A stretch of DNA of 64,000 nucleotides, from contig CAWDMA010000001.1 of assembly GCA_963803425.1 (NCBI GenBank), positions 501,355 through 565,354 of the forward strand, in the 5' to 3' direction. Origin of the DNA: an uncultured Thermoleophilia bacterium (lineage in GTDB: Bacteria; Actinomycetota; Thermoleophilia; Solirubrobacterales; 70-9). The notes beneath the pieces are model-generated. The model worked only from the letters and a program-made list of their open reading frames with translations. It searched no databases and was not told the DNA's origin. Within the stretch, counting starts at the first letter, position 1. Every line of letters starts with the position of its first letter. Positions 1 through 8,532 of the stretch are shown one piece after another. A program made the translations under genes and the position numbers.

Positions 1-1
1 C

Positions 2-97
2 GATCGGCGTGGTGCGGGTCCTGTACCCGGACATCACCCCCGACGAGGCGGCCGGCGCGGTGCTTCCCCATGGTGCGGCTGAGAAGGCGGCCGGGTG
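2..97 (+). CDS. 3' end of an unidentified CDS entering from the left edge (partial)
   Basis: Open frame from the window edge ending at TGA 95-97 (...VLYPDITPDEAAGAVLPHGAAEKAAG*); GC3-rich codons; no recognisable family. Confidence 0.25.
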
Positions 98-179
98 ACC
101 GCCACGGTCCAGCGGAGCGACCGCCGAGGAGCGCGGGGCCGGGTCGATGCCCGCCCGCGCTCCTGGCGATTGCGTTGGC

Positions 180-698
180 TCAGCCCGCCGGGCAGATCAT
201 CTGCGCGTAGAACGGGCGATCAACCACGGTGTTGGTCGTGCTGCGCGTGAATACCTGCAGCGTGTTCGCGCTCGCGACCCCAACTGCGACGAACCCGAGG
301 GCCGGGCCCGTGTTGCTCGCGGCAGAGGCCGAGATCGTGCAGCCCGCCACCGGACGCCCGAAGCTGACCCGGTAGTCCCCGGTCGCGCTCTTGCTCGATG
401 TCGCACCGGCCGGAATCGAGCCGAGCAGCGTGCCGTTCGCCTGCACGTTCGCCGAGTAGACGTTCTTCGCGATGCCCGCGCTGTCGGCGGACTCGGCGCT
501 CTTCGCGTGATCCACGCTCAGCGTCGGCGCCGCTGCGTTGATCTGGCTGTTCGCGATCGACTTCACCTTCTTCTTCGTGATCTTGCTGATCGTGGCCGAG
601 GGCCCCGCGACAGCGACGCCGGCGGTTGCCATCACCAGCGCCAGCACGGCAACGATCAACGACGCCCCGGAGGGGCGCCACAGCTTCCGCTTTGGCAT
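180..698 (-). CDS. secreted or membrane-anchored hypothetical protein
   Basis: ORF 180..869 trimmed to the internal ATG at 698. MPKRKLWRPSGASLIVAVLALVMATAGVAVA is a basic N-terminus plus hydrophobic signal/anchor. The longer ORF would overlap tRNA-Val. Confidence 0.55.
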   Translation of the reverse strand: MPKRKLWRPSGASLIVAVLALVMATAGVAVAGPSATISKITKKKVKSIANSQINAAAPTLSVDHAKSAESADSAGIAKNVYSANVQANGTLLGSIPAGATSSKSATGDYRVSFGRPVAGCTISASAASNTGPALGFVAVGVASANTLQVFTRSTTNTVVDRPFYAQMICPAG

Positions 699-784
699 GT
701 CGTCCCTTTCGATTCGAGGAAAACGTCGCGCCGCATTCGCCGGCGCATTCGCACCGTAGCGCACGGCCGGCCCGACACCAGGAA

Positions 785-856
785 TGGGCGCGGCTGGTTT
801 CGAACCAGCGACCTCTCGCGTGTGAAGCGAGCGCTCTCCCACTGAGCTACGCGCCC
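785..856 (-). tRNA. tRNA-Val (anticodon CAC)
   Basis: Reverse complement reads GGGCGCGTAGCTCAGTGGGAGAGCGCTCGCTTCACACGCGAGAGGTCGCTGGTTCGAAACCAGCCGCGCCCA. It has a 7-bp acceptor stem GGGCGCG/CGCGCCC, a D-arm, anticodon stem CTCGC/GCGAG with loop TTCACAC, and T-arm GCTGG-TTCGAAA-CCAGC. 72 nt; CCA not encoded. Confidence 0.93.
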
Positions 857-889
857 TCGCGGCAATCATAGGAGCGGCACAATTGGGAT

Positions 890-1414
890 GTGGACTCCCT
901 GCGCGGGAAGCTTCTGATCGCCTCGCCGGCGCTGCCGGACTGGTTCCGGCGGGCTGTGATCCTGATGGTCGAGCACGCCCCGGAAGGTGCCTTCGGCCTG
1001 GTCCTGAACCGGCCGTCGGAGACCACGGTCGGGGACGCCGTGCCGGAGCTCGCGGAGCTCGCCGGGCCCACCGAGCCGGTTTACATCGGCGGACCCGTGC
1101 AGCCCGACGGCGTCGTCGCGCTGGGCGAGTTCGAGGACCTCGATCTGGCGGCCAAGCCCGTCACGGGGGACGTCGGGCTCGTCGACCTCGAGCACCCGCC
1201 CGACGGGCTCGGCCGGATCCGGCTGTTCGCCGGCCATGCCGGGTGGGGCGAGGGCCAGCTCGACGGTGAGCTGGTGCAGGAGGCCTGGATCGTGTCCGAG
1301 CCGGAGCACGACGACGCGTTCGCGTTCGGCGACCTGTGGGCGTCGGCGCTGCAGCGGATGGGCGGCTCGTACGAGCTGCTCGCCCGGATGCCTTCCGATC
1401 CCTCCCGGAACTAG
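890..1414 (+). CDS. YqgE/AlgH family protein (UPF0301)
   Basis: 174 aa. LLIASPALPDWFRRAVILMVEHAPEGAFGLVLNRP ... FAGHAGWGEGQLDGEL is typical of the YqgE/AlgH family. Confidence 0.8.
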   Translation: MDSLRGKLLIASPALPDWFRRAVILMVEHAPEGAFGLVLNRPSETTVGDAVPELAELAGPTEPVYIGGPVQPDGVVALGEFEDLDLAAKPVTGDVGLVDLEHPPDGLGRIRLFAGHAGWGEGQLDGELVQEAWIVSEPEHDDAFAFGDLWASALQRMGGSYELLARMPSDPSRN

Positions 1415-2088
1415 CGGCGCTCAGGCACCGCGGAGGCCTGCTGCGCTCGGAGCTTCGCGGTCACCCCGCCGCTCTCGTTGCCTTCGCCGCCCCCGCCGCC
1501 GGTCCCGGTCCCGGTCCCGGTGCCGCCCCCGGTGTCGCCGCCGTCCTCCGGCGGCTCGGTCACGTCCCCGCCGTCGGGGCAGTTGATCGTGAACGCCTTG
1601 CGAGCGGGGTGGAACGGCTTCGAGTCCGAGTGCGACCACGACAGGTGCAGGTGATTGCCCTTCCCGTGTCCGGCGTCGCCGTTGTAGCCGACCCACCGGA
1701 ACGGCGGCCGGGGGTGGTCCTGCTTCGGCTCCGCCCACTTCGCCAGCCGGTTCACCTTCTTCCACCGCTTCCCGCTCGGGATGATGTCGAGCGCGAGCCC
1801 GAGCGGGTGCTCGCCGTGGCGGGCGTGCACGTTCGATCGCGAGAACCCGTCGGTGATGAAGATGTCGAACCGGTCGACCAGGTACTCGACGTCGGGGAGC
1901 AGGCGGCGGTCGATCTTCTCGCCGGGGAAGCCGGGGATCTTCACGAACTTGCCGCCGCCGACGGTCTTGCACAGCTTCGGCTCCAGCCTGGTGCTGCGCA
2001 TCTTCGCGGCCGCGGTTGCCGCGAGCACGCCGGCGCCGGCCGCCGCGAAGACGACCGACAGCGCGATTGCTAGCTGACGCCGGATCAT
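1411..2088 (-). CDS. secreted LAS-type zinc peptidase (peptidase M15 / D-Ala-D-Ala carboxypeptidase-like)
   Basis: N-terminal signal sequence. H-x6-D (HPLGLALD) and H-x-H (HLHLSW) zinc motifs of the LAS fold. Gly/Thr-rich low-complexity tail (GTGTGTGTGGGGG). Confidence 0.55.
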   Translation of the reverse strand: MIRRQLAIALSVVFAAAGAGVLAATAAAKMRSTRLEPKLCKTVGGGKFVKIPGFPGEKIDRRLLPDVEYLVDRFDIFITDGFSRSNVHARHGEHPLGLALDIIPSGKRWKKVNRLAKWAEPKQDHPRPPFRWVGYNGDAGHGKGNHLHLSWSHSDSKPFHPARKAFTINCPDGGDVTEPPEDGGDTGGGTGTGTGTGGGGGEGNESGGVTAKLRAQQASAVPERR

Positions 2089-3677
2089 GAATCGCCGAGT
2101 TGGAGTCCCGCCGAGTTAGGACACCCTTGCGGGAGGCTAGCGAGATCTTCACGATCTCGCGGCGCCGCGCTTGCAGCGCGCCGGGGGCGGAAGGCGATCG
2201 CGGCGATCACCGCCACAGCGGCGAAGGCTCCGGCGCACAGCCACAGCCCGGCGGCGTAGCCGGCCGCGAACCCATCCGCGACGGCCCGGACCAGATCGCC
2301 GCCGATTCCTCGGACGACGGCGTCGGTCGCGTCCTCGTCGGAGAGCACCAGCCGGTCGAGCGCAGCGGACTGCTGGTGGGTCAACATCCGGCCCGCGAGC
2401 GCCGTGTCCAGGTCGTGTTCGCGGACGGCGTCCAGCAGGGCGCCGAAGGACACGGTCCCGACCGTCGCGCCGATCCACCGCGACGTGTTCAGGATCCCGG
2501 CGCTCTCGCCCCGTTCGGCGGGCGGCCCGGCGGCGGCGCCCGCGGCCGTCATCGCGATGAGGGCGACCGGCATGCCGATCCCGAACAGGAGCAGGCCCGG
2601 GACCAGGACCGCGTACTCCTGGTCCGGGACGAACGCCGCGAGCCAGGCGCAGCCCGCAGCGGCCGGCAGGGCGCCGGCGATCGCCACCCTCCGGATCCCG
2701 TGACCATCGACGAGTCCTCCCGCGATCGGAGAGAGGGCGGGGGCGAGGATCATCGCCGGAAGCATCGCCAGGCCGGTCATCACCGGGTCGAGGCGGACGA
2801 CCGTGAGCAGGTAGATCGGGACGAAGACGGCGACGCCGCTGATCCCGAGCTGAACCAGGAACAGTCCGGCGGCTGCGCCGGCCAGCACCCGCCTGCGGAG
2901 CAGCCTCAGGTCGACGAGCGGCTGCTCGGTCGCCAGCTCGACGAGCGCGAACACGGGGAGGATCGCCACCCCGGCCGCGAGCACCGCGACGGTCGCACGG
3001 GACGACCACCCCCATGTCGCCGCCTCGATCCCTCCCGTCAGCACCAACCCGAGGCCGGTGAGCGCGAGGACGCTGCCGAGCACGTCGGGCCGCTGACCCT
3101 TCGGCGGGGCATGCGACGGGAGCCCCATCGCGCCGACCGCGAAGACACACGCCGTCAGCACCAGGTAGAGCCAGAAGGTGAGCCTCCAGTCCCCTCCCTG
3201 GACCAGCACGCCGGAGATCACCGGGACGATCGGAAGCGCCACCACGGCCACCCCGACATACCAGCCGACCGCCAGGCCGCGGAGCTCCGGCGGCCAGGCG
3301 GCGATCACGATGCCGACCGTGGGTGCGATCGCCAGCCCCGCTCCGGCGCCCTGCAGCGCCAGGCTCGCCACCAGCAGGCCGAAGCCCCCGGCGAGCGTGG
3401 CGCCCGCGGCGCCGATCGCGATCGCCGACAGCCCGCCGAGGATGGTGCGTCGCGAACCGATGATCTCGGCGAGCCGGCCGCCGTGCGGAACCAGGACCGC
3501 GAGCCCGAGCATGAATGCGTTCACGACCCACAGCGCCTGATCGTGGGTGAGGTGCATCTCCTCCTGGATCTGCGGCTGGACCACCCCGACGTCGAATTGG
3601 CCGTAGTGCAGGAGGAAGAAACCGCCGGCGCCGAAGGCGAGCGCGGCTGCGGCGCGAGGGGCCGGTCTCGACGCCAC
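2085..3677 (-). CDS. MFS transporter (drug:H+ antiporter-like)
   Basis: 530 aa, hydrophobic throughout. MFS motif-A-like GGRLAEIIGSRRTILGG after the second helix. Overlaps the stop of the downstream gene by 4 nt. Confidence 0.85.
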   Translation of the reverse strand: MASRPAPRAAAALAFGAGGFFLLHYGQFDVGVVQPQIQEEMHLTHDQALWVVNAFMLGLAVLVPHGGRLAEIIGSRRTILGGLSAIAIGAAGATLAGGFGLLVASLALQGAGAGLAIAPTVGIVIAAWPPELRGLAVGWYVGVAVVALPIVPVISGVLVQGGDWRLTFWLYLVLTACVFAVGAMGLPSHAPPKGQRPDVLGSVLALTGLGLVLTGGIEAATWGWSSRATVAVLAAGVAILPVFALVELATEQPLVDLRLLRRRVLAGAAAGLFLVQLGISGVAVFVPIYLLTVVRLDPVMTGLAMLPAMILAPALSPIAGGLVDGHGIRRVAIAGALPAAAGCAWLAAFVPDQEYAVLVPGLLLFGIGMPVALIAMTAAGAAAGPPAERGESAGILNTSRWIGATVGTVSFGALLDAVREHDLDTALAGRMLTHQQSAALDRLVLSDEDATDAVVRGIGGDLVRAVADGFAAGYAAGLWLCAGAFAAVAVIAAIAFRPRRAASAAPRDREDLASLPQGCPNSAGLQLGDS

Positions 3678-3705
3678 GGCCGCGAGCCTACAAGTAGGAT
3701 GGTGG

Positions 3706-3983
3706 ATGGACCGTGCTAGGCGGGGAGGTAGCGGTGCCCTGCACCCGCAATCCGCTCTAGCGGGGCCGAATACCCGTCCGAGGGGCCGCGGCCTTCGGGG
3801 TCCGGTCCGCCGCAGGCGGCGTCGACGGCCAGGTCCCGCGCAATGTGGGCTCGCGAATCAGGTCAGGTCCGGAAGGAAGCAGCCTTAAGCGATCCCCCGC
3901 ATGTGCCGCGGACCAGCCTGGCCCGAGCCGGCCACGGCGGCAGCGCCCGGAGACCGCTCTCGACGGCGGGCCGCACGGTCCGT
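3706..3983 (+). ncRNA. ffs: signal recognition particle RNA, large (Alu-domain, Bacillus scRNA-like) type
   Basis: Domain IV hallmark GGTCAGGTCCGGAAGGAAGCAGCC at ~3862-3885. 5' Alu-domain block CCGTGCTAGGCGGGGAGGTAGCGGTGCCCTGCACCCGCAATCCGCTCTAGCGGGGCCGAATACCC closely matches the B. subtilis scRNA as I recall it. The closing helix pairs ATGGACCGTGC (3706-3716) with GCACGGTCCGT (3973-3983). It lies in the classic ffs-dnaX-ybaB-recR neighbourhood. Confidence 0.9.
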
Positions 3984-3988
3984 TTCTC

Positions 3989-5470
3989 TCACCCCGGGCA
4001 GCGCGCAAACAGCAGCCACGAGCGGTTCTCGGCAACCGGCTCGTCGGCGCGCGGCGGGGCGACCGGCATCTTCACGGCACCGGGGTCGTTCGGGTCGAGC
4101 TCGAACTCCTCCGCGACGAGCGAGGAGGCTGGGACGAACGCGTATCCGGTGGCCGGGCGCGCCAGTAGCTCGCCGACTCCGGGGAGGATCGCCGACGGGC
4201 GTCGGTGCAGCCACAGCGCCAGCATCGGGACGGGGCGGGTGTTGGGAGCCTGCACCGGCCCGCACCCCGGCTGCACATCCCCCGCCTCGGAGAGCTTGCG
4301 AAGGTCGGATTGGATTCGGTCCTGGCGGGCGATGCTGCTCCGCAGGTCGTCCACTCTGTCCGCCTGCGCCGGGATCAGGACGACGACCAGCAGGCCGACA
4401 ACGACGAACCCGACGAGCGAGACCGCCCGCCACCGGCTCCCGGGCACGAGCAGCATCCACCCGAGGATCCCGACGGCGAAGAAGATCGACAGCAGCGTCC
4501 CGGTGAGCAGCAGGTAGCGGGTGATCACGGCAAGCCCACCGAGGGCGAGCAGCGCGAACGCCCCGGCGGCGAGCACCAGCGCGGCGAGCGGGAGCCGGGC
4601 GCGGTCCCGGAGCGCGGTCGCCGCCAGCAGGATCCCGATCGCTCCGCCGAGCAGGACCGGCTCCCGGACGACCTCCCCGAGCCGGGGCGGGCCCTCGCTG
4701 ATCAGCCCGCCGATCCCCGTCTCGCGGTCGAGGGTGTCGACGGTGTCGTGGGTACCGGTCAGCGAGTACAGCGCGTCCCCCGCGAAGGCGAGGTCGCTGA
4801 GCGCCCACGCGATCGGAGCGGACGCGACCAGCGCGGTCAGGCTGAGCATCGCGCCGGGGCGGATCAGGGCGCCGAGCGGTGCGACGATGCCAAGCGGGCG
4901 GTCGGGCGCCGTGTAGGCCAGGTACAGCAGGTACGCGATCGAGAACAGCCACGCCTCGGGGCGGAGCAGCCCGGCGACGGCGAGCAGGGCCAGCACCGGC
5001 CACCCGGCGCGCGGGCGCCTCGTCTCGGCGAGCAGCGCCGCCAGCACGATCGCGATGTACGGAAGGTCGACGTAGGCCCGCACCCCGAAGTCGAGCAGCG
5101 GCACCCGGGTGAGCACGATCGCGGATGCGAGCATCCCGATCGCGCGGTTGAACCACTCCGAGCCGAGCCGGTAAGTGAGGTACCCGACGGCGCCCAGCGA
5201 CAGGAACCCGATCGCCACCATCGCCTCCTCGGCTCCGTCCCCGAGCGGCGACAGCACGATCCCCGCCAGGGTGGCGAGCGGGTGCGGCGTCGGGGGCAGC
5301 AGCACGTGCAGGTCGGGGCTCTTGCCCGCGGCGATCTCGTCTCCCCAAACGAGCGCATAGAAGGTGTCGTAGTTGGCGAAGCCGTGGCGGAACACCAGCC
5401 ACAGGCCCGCGGCGAGGACGCCGATCCAGGCCAGCGGGGTGAGCGCGCTGAGGGCCCGTCTGCTCGCCAT
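3989..5470 (-). CDS. polytopic membrane protein, GT-C-type glycosyltransferase-like
   Basis: ORF 3989..5755 trimmed to ATG 5470 (MASRRALSALTPLAWIGVLAAGLWLV). Many TM helices followed by a soluble C-terminal domain. Family assignment is tentative. Confidence 0.5.
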   Translation of the reverse strand: MASRRALSALTPLAWIGVLAAGLWLVFRHGFANYDTFYALVWGDEIAAGKSPDLHVLLPPTPHPLATLAGIVLSPLGDGAEEAMVAIGFLSLGAVGYLTYRLGSEWFNRAIGMLASAIVLTRVPLLDFGVRAYVDLPYIAIVLAALLAETRRPRAGWPVLALLAVAGLLRPEAWLFSIAYLLYLAYTAPDRPLGIVAPLGALIRPGAMLSLTALVASAPIAWALSDLAFAGDALYSLTGTHDTVDTLDRETGIGGLISEGPPRLGEVVREPVLLGGAIGILLAATALRDRARLPLAALVLAAGAFALLALGGLAVITRYLLLTGTLLSIFFAVGILGWMLLVPGSRWRAVSLVGFVVVGLLVVVLIPAQADRVDDLRSSIARQDRIQSDLRKLSEAGDVQPGCGPVQAPNTRPVPMLALWLHRRPSAILPGVGELLARPATGYAFVPASSLVAEEFELDPNDPGAVKMPVAPPRADEPVAENRSWLLFARCPG

Positions 5471-5547
5471 CGGGCCGGGGAGGCTATCGGTGACGGCGGT
5501 TCCCGCCGTCACGGCGCTCGCCGGGGCGGCGGATACACTGGCCGTCC

Positions 5548-7260
5548 GTGGCCGAGATCTCCCTGTACCGACGCCATCGACCGCAGAGCTTCGACGAGGT
5601 GGTCGGGCAGGAGGCCGTCGTCCGGACGCTCCGGAACGCGGTGGAGCGCGACCGGGTCCACCACGCGTACCTGTTCGTCGGCTCGCGCGGGACCGGCAAG
5701 ACCTCGATGGCGAAGATCCTGGCGCGGTGCCTGAACTGCGAGCAGGGGCCGACAACCACCCCGTGCGGCGTGTGCGAGTCGTGCCGTGCGATCGCCGCCG
5801 GCAGCTCGCTCGACGTGATCGAGATGGACGCCGCCTCGAACCGCTCCGTCGACGACATCCGCGATCTGCGCGAGCGGGTCGGATACGTCCCGGCCGCGGG
5901 GAGGTGGAAGGTCTACATCATCGACGAGGCCCACATGCTCACCCGAGAGGCGTGGAACGCGTTCCTGAAGACGCTCGAGGAGCCGCCTCCGCACACGGTC
6001 TTCGTGCTCGCCACCACCGAGGCGCACAAGGTGATGCCGACGATCGTCGACCGGTGCCAGCGGTTCGACTTCCAGCGACCTTCGGGGCGCCAGATCGCCG
6101 GCGTCGTCGAGCGCGTGTCCGAGGCGGAGGGGATCGAGATCGCCGAGGGCGCGGTGGGCGCGATCGCGCGCTCCGCGGGCGGCAGCTTCCGCGATGCACT
6201 CGGCACGCTCGACCAGCTCGTCGCCTACGGCGGCAGCTCGGTGTCCACAGAGGACGTGCTCGCTGTGCTCGGGGTCGCGGACGCGGAGCTGATCTTCGGG
6301 GCGGCCGCCGCGATCGCCGCGGGCGACGGGACGGCGGCGCTCGCGAACGTCGAGGCGCTCGCCGGCTCGGGCCGGGACGCAACCCAGTACATACGCGACC
6401 TGATCGCGCACCTGCGCCAGCTGCTCGTTGTCCGCACCACCGGGGAGGTCCCTGACGCGGTCGCGATCACCGCCGAGGCCGAGCACCGGATCCGCGCCCA
6501 GGCGGACGAGATCGGCGAGGTCGCCCTGGTTCGCGCGATCGATGAGCTGTCGGCGGCGCTCGCCTCGATCAGGGAGTGGGGCGACGACGCCCGCGCGGCG
6601 CTGGAGCTGGCGCTGCTGAAGGCGGCCCGCCCGGACATCGATCCCTCGGCCGACGCCCTCGCGCAGCGGATCGAGCGGCTCGAGCGCGGCTTCACGGACC
6701 CCGTGTCCGTCACCGATGCCCGCGACGCCGATGCCGCGGCCGCCGAGCCCGCCCCGGATCAGCCCTCTCCCGAGGAGCGTGGCGGCGACAAGCCCCCAGA
6801 GGCGTCGTCCACCCCCGCGCTGGAGGCGGCCGATCCCGAGGTCCCCCGGTCGAGCGCCACCCAGGCGACCTCCGCGGTCGTTGAGACGATCGACATCGAG
6901 CGGATCACGGGCCTGTGGCCCGCGGTCCTCGACCACGTTCGCCAGTCGGGCTCCGAGCTGCTCTCGGCCGTGTTCCAGGCCGCCCGCCCGCTCGCGGTGG
7001 ACGCGGAGCGGGCCGTGGTCGAGGTCGGGTTCCCATCCTCTGCGGCGTTCAACAAGCGGAAGGCCGAGGCGCGCGTGAACCAGGAGCGGCTCGCGGAGGC
7101 GCTCCGGACGATCGTCGGCGAGAGCCTCCGCCCCGTGTACGTGCTGATCGAGGGCGAGGACGAGGCGAACGGCAACGGCGCCGCGCCGATGAGCGACGAG
7201 GAGCTTGTTGACTGGATCAAGGCTGAGTTCGACGCCGAGGAGAGGGGGGAAGCGCGGTGA
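5548..7260 (+). CDS. dnaX: DNA polymerase III subunit gamma/tau
   Basis: LYRRHRPQSFDEVVGQEAVVRTLRNAV...YLFVGSRGTGKTSMAKILARCLNC (Walker A plus zinc module CGVCESC), SRC/box VII region, acidic/proline-rich tau linker. Confidence 0.95.
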   Translation: MAEISLYRRHRPQSFDEVVGQEAVVRTLRNAVERDRVHHAYLFVGSRGTGKTSMAKILARCLNCEQGPTTTPCGVCESCRAIAAGSSLDVIEMDAASNRSVDDIRDLRERVGYVPAAGRWKVYIIDEAHMLTREAWNAFLKTLEEPPPHTVFVLATTEAHKVMPTIVDRCQRFDFQRPSGRQIAGVVERVSEAEGIEIAEGAVGAIARSAGGSFRDALGTLDQLVAYGGSSVSTEDVLAVLGVADAELIFGAAAAIAAGDGTAALANVEALAGSGRDATQYIRDLIAHLRQLLVVRTTGEVPDAVAITAEAEHRIRAQADEIGEVALVRAIDELSAALASIREWGDDARAALELALLKAARPDIDPSADALAQRIERLERGFTDPVSVTDARDADAAAAEPAPDQPSPEERGGDKPPEASSTPALEAADPEVPRSSATQATSAVVETIDIERITGLWPAVLDHVRQSGSELLSAVFQAARPLAVDAERAVVEVGFPSSAAFNKRKAEARVNQERLAEALRTIVGESLRPVYVLIEGEDEANGNGAAPMSDEELVDWIKAEFDAEERGEAR

Positions 7261-7622
7261 GCCGCGGCGGCGGACCGGGCGGGATGGACTTCAACGCGCT
7301 GATGAAGCAGGCGCAGCAGATGCAGGCCGAGATGGCGAAGGCGCAGGAGCAGCTCAAGGACGAGGTCGTGGACGCAAGCGCGGGGGGCGGGATGGTGAAG
7401 GTGAAGATGAGCGGCGATCTGCGGCTGCTCGAGATGCAGATCGACCCGGAGGCGATCGACCCCGAAGACGCCGAGGTCCTGGCCGACATGGTCACCGCCG
7501 CGGTCAACGAGGCGCTGCGCGCCGCGCAGCAGCTCGCCGGCGAGCGGATGGGCGGGATCGCGGGGCTCGGCGGACCGGGTGGCGCCGGCCTCGGCGGGCT
7601 CGGCGGACTGCCCGGCGCCTAG
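7257..7622 (+). CDS. ybaB: YbaB/EbfC family nucleoid-associated protein
   Basis: MDFNALMKQAQQMQAEMAKAQEQL...GGGMVKVKMSGDLRLLEMQIDPEAIDPEDAEVLADMVTAAVNEA. GTG start overlaps the dnaX stop (GTGA). The start could instead be ATG 7284. Confidence 0.9.
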   Translation: MSRGGGPGGMDFNALMKQAQQMQAEMAKAQEQLKDEVVDASAGGGMVKVKMSGDLRLLEMQIDPEAIDPEDAEVLADMVTAAVNEALRAAQQLAGERMGGIAGLGGPGGAGLGGLGGLPGA

Positions 7623-7642
7623 CGCCTCGTCGGGATCCACCG

Positions 7643-8236
7643 ATGCAGCCGGGCCCGATCAACCGCCTGATCGCCGAGCTGGCGAAGCTGCCGGGGATCG
7701 GGCAGCGCTCCGCGCAGCGGCTCGCGTTCCACGTGCTGCGCTCCGACGACGCGGAGGCCCGCGCGCTCGCCGACGCGATCCGCGAGGTGAAGGAGCAGGT
7801 GACGCTGTGCGAGGTGTGCTTCAACCTCGCCGAGGGACCCCTGTGCCGGATCTGCTCCGACGAGGGTCGCGATCGGAGCGTGATATGCGTCGTCGAGGAG
7901 CCCGCCGACACGATCCCGATCGAGCGCACCCACGAGTACCGGGGGCTGTACCACGTGCTCGGGGGAGCGCTGTCGCCGATCGACGGGGTCGACCCCGAGG
8001 ACCTGAAGATCGAGCAGCTGGTCGCCCGGGTCGCGGACGGCGAGGTGAGCGAGGTGGTGCTCGCCACCAACCCGACCACGACAGGCGAGGCGACCGCGCT
8101 CCACATCGCCGAGCGGCTCCGCGGCGAGGCGAGGATCACCCGGCTCGCGAGCGGCCTCCCGGTTGGCGCCGACCTCGAGCACGCCGACGAGGTGACGCTG
8201 GGTCGGGCGCTCGCGGGGCGCCGCAGCCTGGACTAG
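7643..8236 (+). CDS. recR: recombination protein RecR
   Basis: INRLIAELAKLPGIGQRSAQRLAFHVL (HhH), C4 zinc finger CEVCFNL...CRIC, Toprim VCVVEEPADTIPIE. Confidence 0.95.
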   Translation: MQPGPINRLIAELAKLPGIGQRSAQRLAFHVLRSDDAEARALADAIREVKEQVTLCEVCFNLAEGPLCRICSDEGRDRSVICVVEEPADTIPIERTHEYRGLYHVLGGALSPIDGVDPEDLKIEQLVARVADGEVSEVVLATNPTTTGEATALHIAERLRGEARITRLASGLPVGADLEHADEVTLGRALAGRRSLD

Positions 8237-8251
8237 CGCCGGGGCCCCGGC

Positions 8252-8494
8252 TCAGCGCATGTGCCGCGTCGGGTCGTCGGGACCCGACGGCGGCGGGCGG
8301 TAGTACTCGTCGTCGCGGCTGCGCCGGTCGGTGGCGAGCAGCTGGTACAGGATCGAGATCGCGAGCCCCGCGAAGCCGGCGATCATCAGGATCAGGCCGA
8401 GCGCCTCGCGGTCCACGCCCTCGATGTCGAAGGTGAAGGCGTACCGGACGATCGCGCCGGCGGCGATCAGGAATATGGACGCGCCGATCGACAA
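8252..8494 (-). CDS. small two-TM membrane protein (DUF6458-like)
   Basis: ORF 8252..8599 would overlap the MMPL gene. It is trimmed to TTG 8494, giving (L/M)SIGASIFLIAAGAIVRYAF..., a typical N-terminus for this small-protein family. The start is uncertain. Confidence 0.5.
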   Translation of the reverse strand: MSIGASIFLIAAGAIVRYAFTFDIEGVDREALGLILMIAGFAGLAISILYQLLATDRRSRDDEYYRPPPSGPDDPTRHMR

Positions 8495-8532
8495 AGCGGG
8501 GCCAGCATAGCTAGCGGCCCAGGCGTGAGGCG

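Noticed and set aside
1441-1475. Partial matches to the hairpin core: GAGCTTCGCGGTC at ~1450, CTCTTCGCGTG at ~500, GGACGCGAAGC at ~49111 and ~50233, CCGTTTGCGTCC at ~21012
   Set aside because: These are only 8-11 nt of similarity with no flanking complementary arms, and they sit inside normally translated codons. They are consistent with chance in GC-rich sequence.
1501-1530. GGTCCC/GGTGCC hexamer repeat
   Set aside because: It encodes the Gly-Thr low-complexity tail of the peptidase on the minus strand. It is a trivial coding repeat.
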